DNA of 64,000 nucleotides from Vitrella brassicaformis CCMP3155 (GCA_001179505.1 CDMY01000479.1:4661-68660), one strand, 5' to 3'. Counted from the stretch's first letter, positions 35,454-49,476 are shown. Notes: generated by a model not told the origin, from the sequence alone. Translations and numbers: made by a program.

Positions 35454-38400
35454 TTAGTTGAGTTTGTCCTGTTGCGGGCTGTACTCCTTGACGATATCAA
35501 CATCGCCCTGCAGTCCACACACACACACACACACACACACACGGCCCCATCGAGACACACACACAACAAAAGAGAGAGTCTGACACTCCTGGCTGTCTTG
35601 AAGTATGCCCTCGCAGATATATAGTACTACCTCTTTTGTGGCGGTGTCTCCTGCTGCTTCCTCATCCCCGCTGTTTTTCTTGATGACGACTGTCCCCTTC
35701 TTGGCGGGCTTGGCCACCCTCGATGAGGCCTTGCTGCTCGCCGTGCTGTCCAGGGCCATCGAGTCGTCGTCGTGGACGTCGTCTTCGTCACTCTGCACGC
35801 AATCATGTGGACGGATGAAGGGAGAGAGGGACGGATGAAGGGATGTGTGTGTGTGTGTGTGTGTGTGTGGACGTGTGTGTTGCGATATTACGTCTGCATC
35901 GATGTCGATTTCCTCGGCCCACACCTGGATGTCCTCGGGGTCTGACGGGCCCTGTGTGGTGTGGGAGAGAGAGCAACACGCGGTTGTCTGTCTGTGTCTG
36001 TGTGTAATGCCATGTGTGTGGGCGGCCCACGCCCGGCGCACCGTGTCCTTCTCCGCCACATCTGACGGCAGCTCGTGTGAGTAGGCATACCTGAGTGCGG
36101 CCACACACACACACACACACACACATGAGTGGAAGGACATGAATCGCGCTGTTTGTGTGTGTGGCGTGCCAGCCAGCAATTATTATCAGACTTACTTACC
36201 GCTGTGAGTGTCTGTGTGGCGCCCACAGCCACATTATGGCCACCAAGACAAAGAGAAAGAGCAGGTGGGAGATGCCGTCGGTCAGCAGCCATTGGGACTG
36301 CCACCGAGCCGTCACATTCTGCACACACAAGACACCCACCCCCGCCCGCAGACGGTCACACACCAAGACACACAGAGGTATGTCTGCTGCGTCTTGACGT
36401 GAGGACCTGGGAGAGGTATGTGATCTGGTAGATGAGAGCCGCCGCAGCGATGATGAGCGACATGACTAGCACGTTCCACAGCCGCGTGAACAGCAGCAGC
36501 TTCTCTGTCTGCTTGCGGGCGCGCAGCTTCTGTCGCACGCAATGTAAGAACGAAATGAGCGGAGCGTATGTGTGTGTGTGTGTGTATTGTCTAATTCTGC
36601 GTGTGGGCACACACAGATATGTACCATGATGAGGGCGGAGAGTGATGTAAAGATCCAGTAGAAGAGGATGGCGTTGAGCAGAGAGACGGGGAAGAGACAC
36701 ATCAGCACAAAGGCGAAGTTGAAGGCGTGGGAAGACCCGTAATTCAGCACCACCAGCCTGTCAGTCGTAGGTATAAGTCCACCAAACAAACCACACATAC
36801 TCACACACAATCTGTTCGGCACGCGACTGACCTGCAGGTGTCCAAGATCGTGTAGACGATCGACGTCTGCCGTATTCGCCGCACCACTGACGCCTCCAAC
36901 GTGGCCCTGACCACACCCCACCCTGCACACACACACGCAGATCAGATGGATGTGTGTGTGTGTGTGTGTGTGTGTGGCGGGGGAGGGTACGATACCGAGG
37001 CTGGCTACGAGGACGAGCATATAGGAAACGATGCACTTGACGACCGACAGGACGATGGCGCAGAAGAAGAGGGCGTGTATGCGGTAGCCGTAGGTGTTCC
37101 ACCAGTGAAGGTGCACGTGCCACAACACACACTCCAGAAACCCCAGAAATATCACGCCTTGCCACAAACAAACAGAGAGATAAGAAGGCATGAGAAGGCG
37201 TGCAATGGACGCCTGTGTGGGGGCGGGGGCTGGCCATCGCATATATCGTACCCGCGATGCACATTTGTATTTTGATGAGTTCGGTGTTCCAGCGGAGGGA
37301 GGCCGCAAACCAGACCACAGACAAGAACATGTAGGCCAGGGTCAGATACCCTGAAGCATAGATAGTGCACAGACATGACGTCACATGACGTCCACCAATA
37401 AAGACGCGTTTGTTTGTTCTGTCAGTGAAGGCACCGTAGAAAGGCATTCGAGGGTATTCGCTGCCCGGCAGATAGCCGTAGGGATTCTTCACCACCACTT
37501 TGCCGCTTATCGTACCCCTGTGACCCACAGGAATACGGAGGAGGCATACACACCTTCTTGTCTGTGTGTGTGTGTGTGTGCACAAACAAAGCCATACCCT
37601 TTCTTGTCCCCACAGTTGGAGAAGGTCAGCACATAGACGCCCGTCTGGCTCAGCAGCTGCCGGTCTCTGTATGTGTAAGCACACAGCGGCAGTGCACACA
37701 AACACACACACACAGAGGAGAGGCAATAATGGATGGATGGCAGGTCACTCACCTGGCTGGGTGTGGGCCGTATTCGATGCCGTGTCGGTACATTGGCTTC
37801 TCCCTCGACCCAATCAGAGTGTCCTTGACCGAACAGAGGCCCTGTTCAATACGCACACACACAAACACCCCTCATATGGACGGCTGGCTGGATGGATGGA
37901 TGCGGGCAGTGAATGGCCTTCTCACGACAGCAATGTCATCTTCGTTGCAGCAGAACTTCTGCGGCGATATAATCGACCAAAAGTCTGAACACACACACAC
38001 GAACCACACACCACAACAGACAGCAATCAATAAGCCTCCCCGCTCTCCATCCGGCCCTGCCCACCAGTGAATCGCATCAGCGACAGCTCCACCCCCACAT
38101 AGTCCCGAAACTTCTGCACGTCCCCTCCGCCCTTCCCGGTGAATTCCATCCCCTCGAACGTCACCTGCGCCTCCCCACCTCCCCGGCCAGCGGGGCTGTC
38201 CTCTTTCCCGTACACAAAGAAGCTGTTGAGCACCTACACACACACCCGCCCACGCACACACATACAGGCTCCCATCCATCGCTCTCTCTCTCTCTCTCTC
38301 TGTTGCTGACATTGAGCTGTTTGTTGTCGGGGATCGGGGTGTCACGGAACTCATAAACCTGCGCCAGGGCCATCCTCCATGGGATGAGGAGGGCCGTGAG

Positions 38401-38469
38401 CAGCAGCTGGCCAGGTTTCGGCCCACGCCATGGACGGATCTGCCAAATCTCTCGCGGATCTGTCCCCAT
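35454..38469 (-). CDS. TMEM87/GPR107 (lung seven-transmembrane receptor, GOST) family membrane protein
   Basis: Signal-like N-terminus (LLLTALLIPWRMALA), luminal TGVYVLTFSNCG and GKVVVKNPYGYLPGSEYPRMPFYG, then TM segments (YMFLSVVWF, IQMCIAGVIFLGFLE, SYMLVLVASLG, FYWIFTSL, QTEKLLLFTRLWNVL). Acidic tail with stop at 35454. Confidence 0.85.
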
Positions 38470-38679
38470 GGCACCCTGTAGTCAAACCTACTGGTGGAAA
38501 GGAGAAAAACGATACGCGGGAAACGGCGATCGCGCGCTAAGCTCGCAGGCAGGGAAGGGAAGGAAAAGATGGCTGTGTTGAGTCATTCTTGACGAGTTCG
38601 GCACAGAGATGGCACTCACAGGTGAAAGTTCAAGTTGTTCGGCCTCTTTTGGTGGCTGATTGATTCACTGAGCTGACCA

Positions 38680-41600
38680 ATGGAGAGCACGGCGGCGTCA
38701 CCGCCCTGTGTGGGCGAGCAGGAGGCGCAGACAGTGCTGCAGGAGATCTCTGCCGAGCCATTGATTGTCTGTGGGTCACTCCCGAGCGAACGAGATGCGA
38801 ATTACCTCGTCCGAAAGAGGTCAGTCGTGATGAGGGCCGCTGAGCGATTGGCACACTGTCTTTGGCTGCCTGTTGGTGTGTGCAGCTCGGAAGCAGCGCC
38901 GTGCTACGTGCTGAAGATCAGCAATGAGAGCGACCAGCCGTCTTTGATTGACTGCCAGAATGAACTGATGGTACTTACACGCACACACGCACAGCACACG
39001 GCTGTCTGTTTCTGGATCATTCATGTGGCTGTGTGTCGTCGTCAGGCGCACCTCGCCCGCCATGCAGGCCCAGGGCGATTCACCGTGCCCACTCCCCTGC
39101 TGCTCAAGAACGGCTCCCACACCATGCGGACAACAGGCGGCGGCCATCTCTGCCGGCTGCTCACCTACCAGCAGGGCGTCCCTCTGGCGGATTTCTCGCC
39201 ACACGACGCCACCCTCCTCGGGCGAGTCGGTCGGGTGATTGGGCATGTGACGAGTGCGCTGTGCTGGTTTGTACATAGCGGGGCGGAGAGGGCGATCGTG
39301 TGGTCGATGGAGCGGTGTGGAGAGGTCATTGGGGCGCATCTGGGGCACATGAGCGGCAGCCAGGAGGGGGACACGGAGGTGATAAAGAGATGGCTGGAGA
39401 GGTATACGAACGTCATCGAGCCGAAGATGAGAGACCTGCCAAGGGTCAGCCTGCACTGCACTAATGCATTTTATCTGCCGCCGCAGCGATTCATCTTTGT
39501 TTTGCAGGGTGTGCTTCACGGCGACCTCAACGACCGCAATATCTTGGTCGACTACCGCTGGGAGGGCCGGGCGGGGGAGGGCACACACAGCGTGGCCGTC
39601 ATCGACTATGGGGACGTCAGCTGCGGGCCCAGGGTGAGTGACAGACAGATGCACACAGACGACATGAATGAAAGGACTGTCGTCGTTGTTTGCTTGCAGG
39701 TATCTGACCTGGCCATCGCGATGTCCTATGTGATGTACCGGAAGGAGGAGCCACTCGCGTGTGTCATGCCATTTGTCGCAGGGTGGGTGGGTGAGGGGCC
39801 GATCAACACGCATATTGACTTCGGCCATGGAGGGATGGATGGATGGATGTGTTTTGTGTGTCAGGTATCACAGCGTGCATCCGCTGACTGAGGGCGAAGT
39901 GGACGTCCTCTTCGACCTCTCACTCATGCGGCTCGCAACCACAGTCGTTATGGCCGCACACCATGTACGCCAACGAGGATACACACACGCACAGAGAGGG
40001 GAGGGTATCCACAATGAGTATGGTCTTTCATGTTGCTGGCAGCGGTCGATTAGGCCCGAGAATGCTTATCTGTCTGTTTCCGAGAGCGGGGCTCTGCGGC
40101 TCCTGCGTCTGCTCGACTCAACTGTCGATGTCAACCACCTGCTGCCGCGAGCCATCCTCCGACACACGTGCAATATGGTACGCGCCGTATGCGACCACAA
40201 ACACCACCACACAACGCCCTTCTCGGTCGGCCTTCAGGCGCCCATCCCCTCTGCGCCGTCCCTGCACTCACTCGCGCCGCCCCACGTTGTGCGGCCCCCT
40301 TCATGTCTGGCGGTCGTCGACCTCACCAGCAGCAGCCACCTGATCGAGTGCGACGCCGAGATGTTCGCTGTGAGGGGCGGCGTCGACTGGGAGAGGCGGC
40401 CTACTGACCTCGGGGCCAAGATGGACCAGGAAATGGTAATGGGGGGTGGGCGGATGGGATGGGATGAGATGTCCTCAATGTCCGCTGTGTGCATCCGTTG
40501 AGTCAGGGCGTGGACCAGTGTGTGGCGATGAGCGGCTACATGGACGCCTGGCCCGTTCCTCTGTGCGGCATCAACGGGCCCTCTCCCTCCCCCTCCCCCT
40601 CCCCTGGTCACCCCCGCGACCACCTTCTGCGCGACGGCTGCATCCGCCCCTCTCTCGCCACCACACAAATCGGACGCACCTTCTTCCTTCGCTCGCCGGC
40701 AGCCGAGCCAGTGGGGTTCGCTCGGCACCAACGCGGCAAAGGCGGCCAGTGGGAGGTGTTCTGTCCTCTCGATGGGTGTGAGTTGCTGCACGTGGATGCG
40801 GCGAGCAGGAGAGGGACGGGGCTGGTGGTGCTGCTGCAGCGGGTGTCCTCTCAGGTGCGGGAGGTGTCGAGCGCGTCCACTCTGACGGGCGGGGCCAACA
40901 GCAATAGCAGCCCACCGGCTTCAGACTGCGATGAGGACCCACCCCACCACCACCAGCAGCAGCAGCAGCAGGCGCCCACAACAGACGTGTATTGGCTCAT
41001 TGCGGGGCTGCATGGCCCCTCGCTAGACACGAGAAGGCAGGGCAGGGCTATCAGCAAGGGAGACATTATCGGCCCTGTGGATGTGGGCCAGTGGGGGTGT
41101 GCCGGGCTGGAGGGAGTGGCGACACTGCCGCCGAGGGTCCACGTGACGGCTGCCTTTGACCTATGGGGCCACGAGGCCGACCCTGCGGCCTTTCCAACTC
41201 GCTGCACGCGGAGGCTCAAGGTCAGTACACACACACAAACCGCAATTGTGGCCCGAGACACACACCATCTCTCTCTCTGTGTGGTACTGCAGGAGGTGTA
41301 TGAGTGCTTGTGTCCGGACCCTGCCGTGCTTCTGGGTCTGCTTCCCTCCGCTGTGGGTGTGGGTGTAGAGGCCAAGATGTCTTTGTGTGACGGCATGGTG
41401 CACGTCGGTGCCCCCTCTGTGCTGGCCGGGGGCAAGAGGGACCCTGAAGAGCTGAAACGGGTGAAGATCCTCTTGTATGCGGGTGTCTTCACCCAGCGCG
41501 TGTGCGCCTGTGTGTGTTGTGCAGATAAGGCGTGACGTTCTGGGCAGGAATCTGTCGCTCAACTACAAGGCGGACCCTGTCAAGGTCGTCAGGTGAGCCA

Positions 41601-44030
41601 TTCGCCATGGTGCATATGGACGGACGGATGGATGGATGGATTGATGGATGTGTGCAGGGGCAGCGGTCAGTACTTGTACGACGAGACGGGGCGGGCCTAC
41701 CTTGACTGCGTCAACAACGTCACACACGTGGGACACGGCAACCCCATTGTCGTCAGGTACAAGCTTCAGACACACACACACACGCATCAAGCAACGACAT
41801 TTCCTCAAACATGTGTGTGTGTGTGTGTGTGTGTGCAGGGCGCTGCAGCAGCAGATGGAGGTGCTCAACACCAACTGCCGCTACCTCCATGACGCACTGG
41901 TCGAGTACGCCGCACAGCTCCTGGCCCTATTCCCTGACCCTCTCAGGTAGACAGACACCCACACGCGCACACAGACAGACAAACGCATGGTATGGATGGA
42001 AATCGGTGTCTCTGTGCAATCTATGCGTTCAGAGTGGTGTATTTGGTCAACACGGGCACCGAGGCGAACGAGCTGGCCCTGCGGCTGGCACAGACACACA
42101 CCAAGCGGAGAGACGTTCTCATTGTCGACCACGCATACCACGGTAGAACATCCATCCATCCATCCATCTGTGTGTGTGTATATGCCTGTGTCTTGCAGGC
42201 AACTCGAGCGGTCTGATCGGCATGTCGCCGTACAAGTGTGACGGCAAGGGCGGCAGCGGCGTGCACGACTGGGTCCACAGGGTCCCCATACCCGACAGAT
42301 ACAGAGGACCCGCCACATACGACGACCCACAGGCAACCACAACCACACCCACACCCACACAATCCTCTGTCTCTGTGCATCCCTCTCTCTCCCTCTCCCT
42401 CCCTCTCCCTGTTTGTGTGTGTGCTGCAGGCCGGTGACTATTATGCGTCCCACGTCGAGCGCGTCATCCGCGAGTCCAAACGTCCCATCGCCGCTTTCTT
42501 CGCCGAGTCGGTGCTCTCGTGCGGGGGGCAGGTGTTCCACCCGCCCGACTACCTCTCGGCCGTATACGCCATTGTGCGTGCGCATGGGGGCGTGTGCGTG
42601 GCCGACGAAGTGCAGACGGGCTTTGGGCGGGTTGGGGGGGACAAGTGGTACGCATGGATGGATGTGCACACAGAGAGAAAGGACTCATGGATGTGTGTGT
42701 GTGTGTGTGCAGGTGGGCGTATGAGTCGAGTGGCGTCATGCCTGACATAGTGGCGATGGCCAAGCCCATCGGCAATGGACACCCGCTCGCGGCAGTCGTC
42801 ACAACCACCGAGGTGGGTGGCATGCTCACTCCCTCTCACTCACTAACAAGCAGCCGCACGCACACCGACGAGCATCACTTGCGTATGTGCACGATCCGTG
42901 CAGATCGCTGCGTCGTTTGACAACGGCATGGGCTGGTTCAACACGGTACGTGCAGGCACAAATCATACCCGCATTCATTTTCGCCACTCGCGCGTGTGAG
43001 TGGATCTGACCGGTGTGATGCTGTGATGCATCCAGTATGGCGGCAATCCCGTCTCGTGTATCGTCGGCTTGTCCGTGCTCAAGGCCATCAACGAGGTGCG
43101 CAAAAGTGCACGAATCCTACATGCACACACACACACACACACACTCGCATCTCTACTTGTGTGTCATCCACACACGCAGCTTGGTCTCCGCGAGAACGCC
43201 CACGTGAGCGGCAGGAGCCTGCTCGACGGGCTGAAGACCCTCATCGAGACGAGCGACTGTGTGGGGGACGTGCGGGTACGCCACTCAGCACTTGACACTG
43301 GATGCCATCTGAATGCGTGTGTGCATGCGGCTATAGGGTGAGGGCCTGATGGCGGGCATCGAGATGGTCGAGTGCAAGCGGACCAAAGCGCCAGCGCCGG
43401 CAAAGGTGGGTCCTGATGGATACGGCAGGCAATGTGTCGATGTGTGTGTGTGCGTATGGTCCACGCAGGCCAACTACGTCATTAACCGGATGAGGCAGCT
43501 GGGCTTTTTGCTCAGCACAGATGGGCCCTTCGACAACGTCGTCAAAGTCAAGCCGCCCATGCTCTTCTCGGTACACAACTGCAGCCGCACACACACGCAT
43601 GTGCCATCGCGTCATCGGAAACAGGTTGCCGACGGCCGTGCCTTGGTGGATGCCCTGAGAGTGGTGCTCAAGGAGACGCCCATGACCGTCAAGACACCAA
43701 TGCGGCTGCCAATTGTGTCAAGACAAACAGCCAGAGATGCAGCTGGTCAGCCAGCACAAGCGCACCAATCCCTCCCCACACCCACTGCACTCCTCCACAC
43801 ACCACCTCATCTTATCTTCAGGCCCCCATCGGCAGCTTCCCTCTTTCTGGGACGATTGCCGCCAGCCCACTCCCCTCCGCACACAGTTCGACCGTCACGA
43901 GTTCGACGCCCATGTGCCTGCGAAACGGCCTGGTTACGGCCACAAGGCCCGGCGGCTGATGGTGGCCCTCAGCACGTGTGGCGCGATGGTGTTGGCTGTG
44001 CTGCTCGCATGGGCCAGGCGAGAGGGATGA
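38680..44030 (+). CDS. Fusion: hydroxylysine-kinase-like phosphotransferase (APH) + degenerate peptidase M23 + class III aminotransferase/phospho-lyase (ETNPPL/PHYKPL-like) + C-terminal hydrophobic anchor
   Basis: APH motifs: [37 protein letters not shown]. Middle region: [28 protein letters not shown]. Aminotransferase motifs: [80 protein letters not shown]. The last intron (phase 1) joins a tail ending [24 protein letters not shown]. Confidence 0.85.
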
Positions 44031-44546
44031 TGGGGTGGGTGCGATGGGCACAATGTGTCCGTACCTGCGGGGATGCTGTGTGTGTGCTCAAGGCGCACAT
44101 GCACGAGGCAGTCAGTGTTGATGCAGACCCGTCCGCAACAGCGTGGGTGTGGGTAAAAGAGGGAGGGAGGGGTTTTTGCCTGTTTGTTCTTTTTTCTTCT
44201 GACGCCAGCCACTTTTTGCTGCCTGGTATTTTGGGTGGGGCAGTCGGTGTGTCGGTCGGTGATGGTATTTTTCTCCTTTTGTTTGCTCTTCCTGCCTGCC
44301 TGGGGAATGGGCGGTGAGTTTCATCCACGTCATGTCAACGCCCTCGACGCGACTGGACAGTCACAGATCGAAGTCCACCCTGCTGATTGAAGACGGGACA
44401 CAGTCGATGTCCGATCCATGTGAAATTATCCATCTGTTTGCTGGGATGCCATCGCGGCTGCATTTCTCATTCGTTCAATCATGGCACCGGCTTAGCTCGC
44501 AGATTTCCAAAGAAAACCGCTCGAGGTCTGCAGGGCGTGTATCGTT

Positions 44547-47175
44547 ATGCTTCGTGATGACCGTGTGGTGGTGTGGTCGTCGTGGCATGAGTTCAAGGAT
44601 GTGAGAGATCGCATCTTCTCCGCCAACCTCCACCACAAGAAAGACGCAACCAACAGGGTGGGTAACAGAGGCGCCAGAAATGAATGACAGGAGGGAGGAC
44701 AAGGAAGACCGAAGATCTTCACGAATTCGTGCTCCTCTGTCGGATGTGTGTTTGGTTGATTGTGTCCAGGTTGATCAGTGGCGCAGGCGGGGCAAGGTGC
44801 CTGTGGCCGTGGATGCGACGGCCAACCTGCTGTCTGTCATGCTCAATGACCCGTGAGAGAACAGACAGCACACAGATTCAGACAACCGCATGCACTGCTC
44901 TCACACCTGTATGTGTGTGTGTGTGTGCATTCAGTGACGTCAATCCGTTCACTGAGGCGCCTCGTGACGACACAGAGCTGCGCCTCCTCTACGCCATGAC
45001 TATCGTCAGGTGCACCACAGCACACACACTATATAATGGCATGGTGTGTGTGTCATGTGTCTGCAGGGTGGTGAATGGCTTTGTTGACCAGGCACAGGAG
45101 AAGCAGTTCGCCCGGTCGGTCGCGCTGCTGGCGAGTCAGCTGGGGCTGCCGCCCTTTCTGGTGGATCTGCGGCACCAGGCCACGCACGCCGAGCTGCCCA
45201 ACAGGGCCCAACTGAGGTACACGAAGCATGCCGAAGAAGGGTCCTGGGTTTGATAGTGTGCCAATCGTGTTGTGGGTATTTGCAGGTTTGCCGTGCAGGA
45301 GTTGGAGCAGCTGTTGAGGCAGCGATTCTGGTGAGCAAGGCGATCGCCCTCGTGCACCTGCCCACTCGTGTATCCTCTTTGTCTGTGTGTGCAGGGATCC
45401 ACAGATGGCCCGTCTTGACGCCTTCTTCTCAGTGGGCAACCTGGAAAAGGTCAGCTTACACACACGCACACACCTCTCTCGGGCCATCGTGCGTCCTCCA
45501 TTCTCCATTTCAGTGTTTTCTGCCCCCTGTGCGTCGCCTCGTCGCGCTCATTCCATCTGTGAGCCTGCCGGTGCTTGACCATGGCAATGGTGATGCGATC
45601 GACATGGATGCCTTGGCAGCTGAGATGCCCCCCGAAGACGATCAGCCACAGGTACGCAAGTGCAAGGCCTTCGGTGCACTAAGGCGGGCACCTGAAGTGT
45701 GTGTGTGTGTGTGTGTGTGGTGATCAGAGGAAGGGCAAGAAGCGGCGTCGGGTCGATGCGGAGGAGAGGGTGAAGAGGTCACCACAACAAATCAAAGGCG
45801 CCCTCGTGGACAAGGTGCGGGAGACCCACACCCAACTACGTGTCTTCTCATATCCTATCATATGCTTCTGCCGGATGTCTCCATCAGTCGGTGGCTGCCT
45901 TCACGTCGGTGTGGTCCGAGGCCAGATCAGCCGTGTCCAATTGCCCTGACGAAGTCCTGCTCCTCTCAATCGTCACGGAGTGCCTGCAGCAGATGCATGA
46001 CCCGTACCTGCAGCCTCTCTCTCTGATGGCCCTCCACCTCATCTGCGGGGCCGCGTCATGCAACCTCGCTGTCAGGTCAGAACACGTGACATCAGCGCAC
46101 ACGGACACACCTGCGCCGTCCATCCCTTCTCTGTCTTGCCTTTCAGGGTCGTGTCGTCCATCTTCCATGCCCTCCTCTCCCCCTCTCCCTCCCAACCACC
46201 TCGCGAGCAGCTGCAGGGCAGCACTGAGGTGCGGTATCAGTCCGTCCGGGGCCAGCCATATCGTTGGAAGCTGGCGCGGGGCGGCTCTGGTCTGGCTGAC
46301 CGGCAAGTTGGCGACAGGGGCGATGATGTGAGGAAAGGGTGGATGGCTGCTCTGGGCGTGGCGCAGGAGGGCATTGATGGCGACACTGCCGACTCTTCTC
46401 CTGAAGGTCACACGGGAGTGATGATCCTCTCTCTTTCCCTTCCCACTGGTGGGTGTTCGATTCCCCTGTGCAGCACCTGAGAGGACCCACCTGCGGTGGC
46501 TGAGAGCCGTCCTGAGCCTCCCCCCTTCGCCCACTCAGCCGGCCACACACGCCGCCCCATCCCCCGCTCTCTCGTCATTCCATTCGCTGGCGTTGGCCGC
46601 GCCCCTGGCCCAGCTGTCTAACACCGAGGGCGGCAGTGTCTACCATCGCGGCATAAGGCGGCTGCACGAGGCGGTCAGGTGTGTCGCGCCACACGCCATC
46701 GGCACGGCCGTGGGGCACATAGCGCGTCATGGCGCCAATGACAGGGCGGCAGCGGGGCTTCTCGGCGCTTTGGGAGAGGCAGGTATGTGGGCGACATAAA
46801 TGACAATGAATGGCTTTCCGCCACTTACACACGAGGGGGTTTGTGGTGTCTTTTAGGCATCCTGACGAGCACGATCGCCACGTTGCTGCAGTGGATGGGT
46901 GAGAGGGGCATCACCGACATCATCAGCACACCACCACAAGACACTCGTCATGCAGCAGAGAAGGGGGCAACAGCTGATGCACGGCAAAATGGAGGCGACG
47001 ACTTGCAGGACTGTGTGGCGGATGGCCTCGTGCCTCCCTCGGTGTCGGCCAGTGGTGTGGCGTCAGAGGTGCTGCCGCTGACGGTCGAGGGCACATGGTG
47101 GGACCCCCAGACATGGACCATACACGACGTGAGCGAGCCTGTCAAACAAGCACTCGTGTGCGGGGGTGTTTGTCA

Positions 47176-47208
<33 letters not shown>

Positions 47209-47517
47209 AGTGTGCAGAGTCTGCCTGTGGAGGGCTTCTTCCGTCCAGTGTGCCCTGTCGCATCGACCGCACAGCCAGCGACACCACCCAGAAGAACAGC
47301 AGCCCCACGTGCACCACGGCCAAGCGACACGGACGAGGTCTTACCGGTGGACGGTCTCGCTGTCCCGCAGATGCTCTGCGCGCCTTTTGCGCTTGTGCCG
47401 GAAGGGCAAAACGGTGCTGCAGCTGCTGTGAATGGTGTAGTGAGCGAGGGGCACAGTGATGGTGTGGATGGGAGGAGGCTGCAGATAGACTGGTCGAAAG
47501 TCGTGCCTCTCCTGTGA
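44547..47517 (+). CDS. LAS1: Las1-like HEPN endoribonuclease (pre-rRNA ITS2 processing)
   Basis: MLRDDRVVVWSSWHEFKDVRDRIF...QWRRRGKVPVAVDATANL...LRLLYAMTIVRVVNGFVD...LPPFLVDLRHQATHAELP matches the Las1 N-terminal domain with an intact R-H-x3-H motif. The C-terminal exons are less certain. Confidence 0.85.
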
Positions 47518-47864
47518 GTGACGGACGAGGAATAGATGTGTATATGGGGGTCGATCGATCGACGAGCGAAACGTCGTCATTTTATGATCACGCACAGCTG
47601 GCCAAAACACATAGGGGAAGGTACACAAACGGCCATAAGCGAGCCTCCTTATGGGTCGAATCGATGGCACAGATCAATCCGTCCCTATCGAGAACCTCAT
47701 GCCCTATCAAATCCATGGACAGCCTCCAGAAACACAGGAAAAAGACACGCGCACCACACAAAAATGCCCGCCTTCGTCTTGTGTGTCTCCCGATGTCAGT
47801 CGCCTATACGATGCCTCCCCCACCGCACATGTGCCTGTCTTGTCGGTCGAGGGTCAGTCGAAGG

Positions 47865-49476
47865 TCAGTTGCCCCTATGGTGTCTCCTCTCCGGCCGCTC
47901 TGAAGGACGACAGTGACTCAGCCACGAACGGATCCAAGCATCCCGCTCCCGCTTGCTCTCATAATGCTCATCGGCAGCTGACACACAGCACAACACACAG
48001 ATGGGTAAACAAATCCATCTCACTTCTCCAGGCTGCTCGTTGCTTACCGGCCATGTCAGCCGTCTTTGCCTCCAGCAGCTGGTATATGTGGCAAAGGAGA
48101 GCATCGTCAGCCGCGTGGACGGTGGAGGCCGAGTACATGCAGCTCTACGATATGATGTAAAGGCCCAGCGAGGGGATCACATAGGCATCCCTGCCATCTG
48201 GAGAGGGAGACACGGAGCCAGCAGGTATCAGCAGTTGCGGCTGTCTTACCCTGCGGGCAATCCCAAGCGGCTCTCGCTCCATTACCATCATTGAACTTCA
48301 GGCGCAGGTTCTGACAACACACGACACGATGAGCGACACAAAGATAGCAGAGTGTGTCCGGCGTCTTCTCACCTCATGCCAGGCCATCGAGACGTGAAAG
48401 AGGTCTCCCCCGCCCTCTGGCACCCCCTCACACCTGACACCGGGCGAAAGGGTCCACTTCTCCTCCCTCACTCCGCTGCCTGAAATCTCGTCTGCTCGTC
48501 GATAGTGGCAGCAGGGGTGTATCCACCCCGTCGTGTACAGGACGTTTGCCCTGTTTGCTGTTATGGCTTCCTTATCGAGGAGCGACAGAATGTCTGAACG
48601 AACAAAACAGGGAAGCCGAATGTATGGTTTTAGGTCGACTCTCACCGAGACAGGCCGCACGAGCGATGATATCCTCGCACCAGAGTGTGTGTGGACAACG
48701 CCTTCATGCAGCAAATAGACCCCCTCTTGCTTGATGAAATAGTAAGGCCCTAATGCACCAGTTAACCGAGACTGTTCTCTTCTTTGCTTGATAGCTGTAT
48801 GAGTGGCGCTGGCCTTACGTTTTCCGTCTGTGTCGACGGGCGCATCCCACTCTTTCTCCCTGCCGCCCTCGGTGATCCCCATCACGAAGCACATTGACTG
48901 AAAGAGAAGGTAGGCAGCCCGACAACAATTCGTGCCCGGCTGTCGGCCTTGATGTGTCTCGCCTCACCTTCCGCTCAACATGAACATACCACAGCTCATT
49001 CGTTAGCTGGAGGCACTCCTTGCTGTTCACACGATACTCCGACGGATCCTCTGCAAGGCCGACGAAATACTCACACTTCAGTTGTATCTGCTCGCTGCTG
49101 CTGCTGCTGCTGTTGCTGCTGTTGCTTGACTTGAGTGTGTAGTAGAGGTGCAGCCCCGGTCGCTGGAGGTCTCTTGTATCGTCAGCCTGCAACATCAGAA
49201 GGCGTACGACAACTGACACAGCGTGTTTTCCTTCGTATTTTCAACCTGATGCCATCGGGCGGCCGAGTCGAACGTCGCTTGCTGTGCTTCGGCAGTTCTC
49301 GCTGCGGTGGGCTGGCCGGGTGAGTTGACCGGCTGGAGGCGGAATCCGATGAGCTGATGGGGCTTGACCAGGGAACGAATGTGAGCCCATATCTCCTCGC
49401 GAGAGATATCGGAAAGCCCCCTTACACCCTTCCGCCGCTCTCTAATGCGCGCGAGAAGTTCTCCTATCTTCGTCAT
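47865..49476 (-). pseudogene. Tandem CBM25-like domain protein, paralog 2, with one in-frame TAG at 48147-48145
   Basis: Colinear with 12612-14268: QRPGLHLY / LWYVHV / EKEWDAP / YFIKQEGVYLL / SDILSLLDK...VLYTTGWIHPCCHYR...KWTLSPGVRC / LKFNDGNGARAAWDCPQDG...GLYII. The splice phases checked in the 3' exons keep one frame, which continues past the TAG to a stop at 47865. Confidence 0.65.

Noticed and set aside
38821-39828. 335-aa minus-strand ORF
   Set aside because: It is the antisense shadow of the GC-rich kinase exons and reads through introns of the real plus-strand gene.
46451-46466. GTTCGATTCCC resembling a tRNA T-loop
   Set aside because: The T-stem does not pair, there is no acceptor stem or D-arm, and it lies within a LAS1 intron region.
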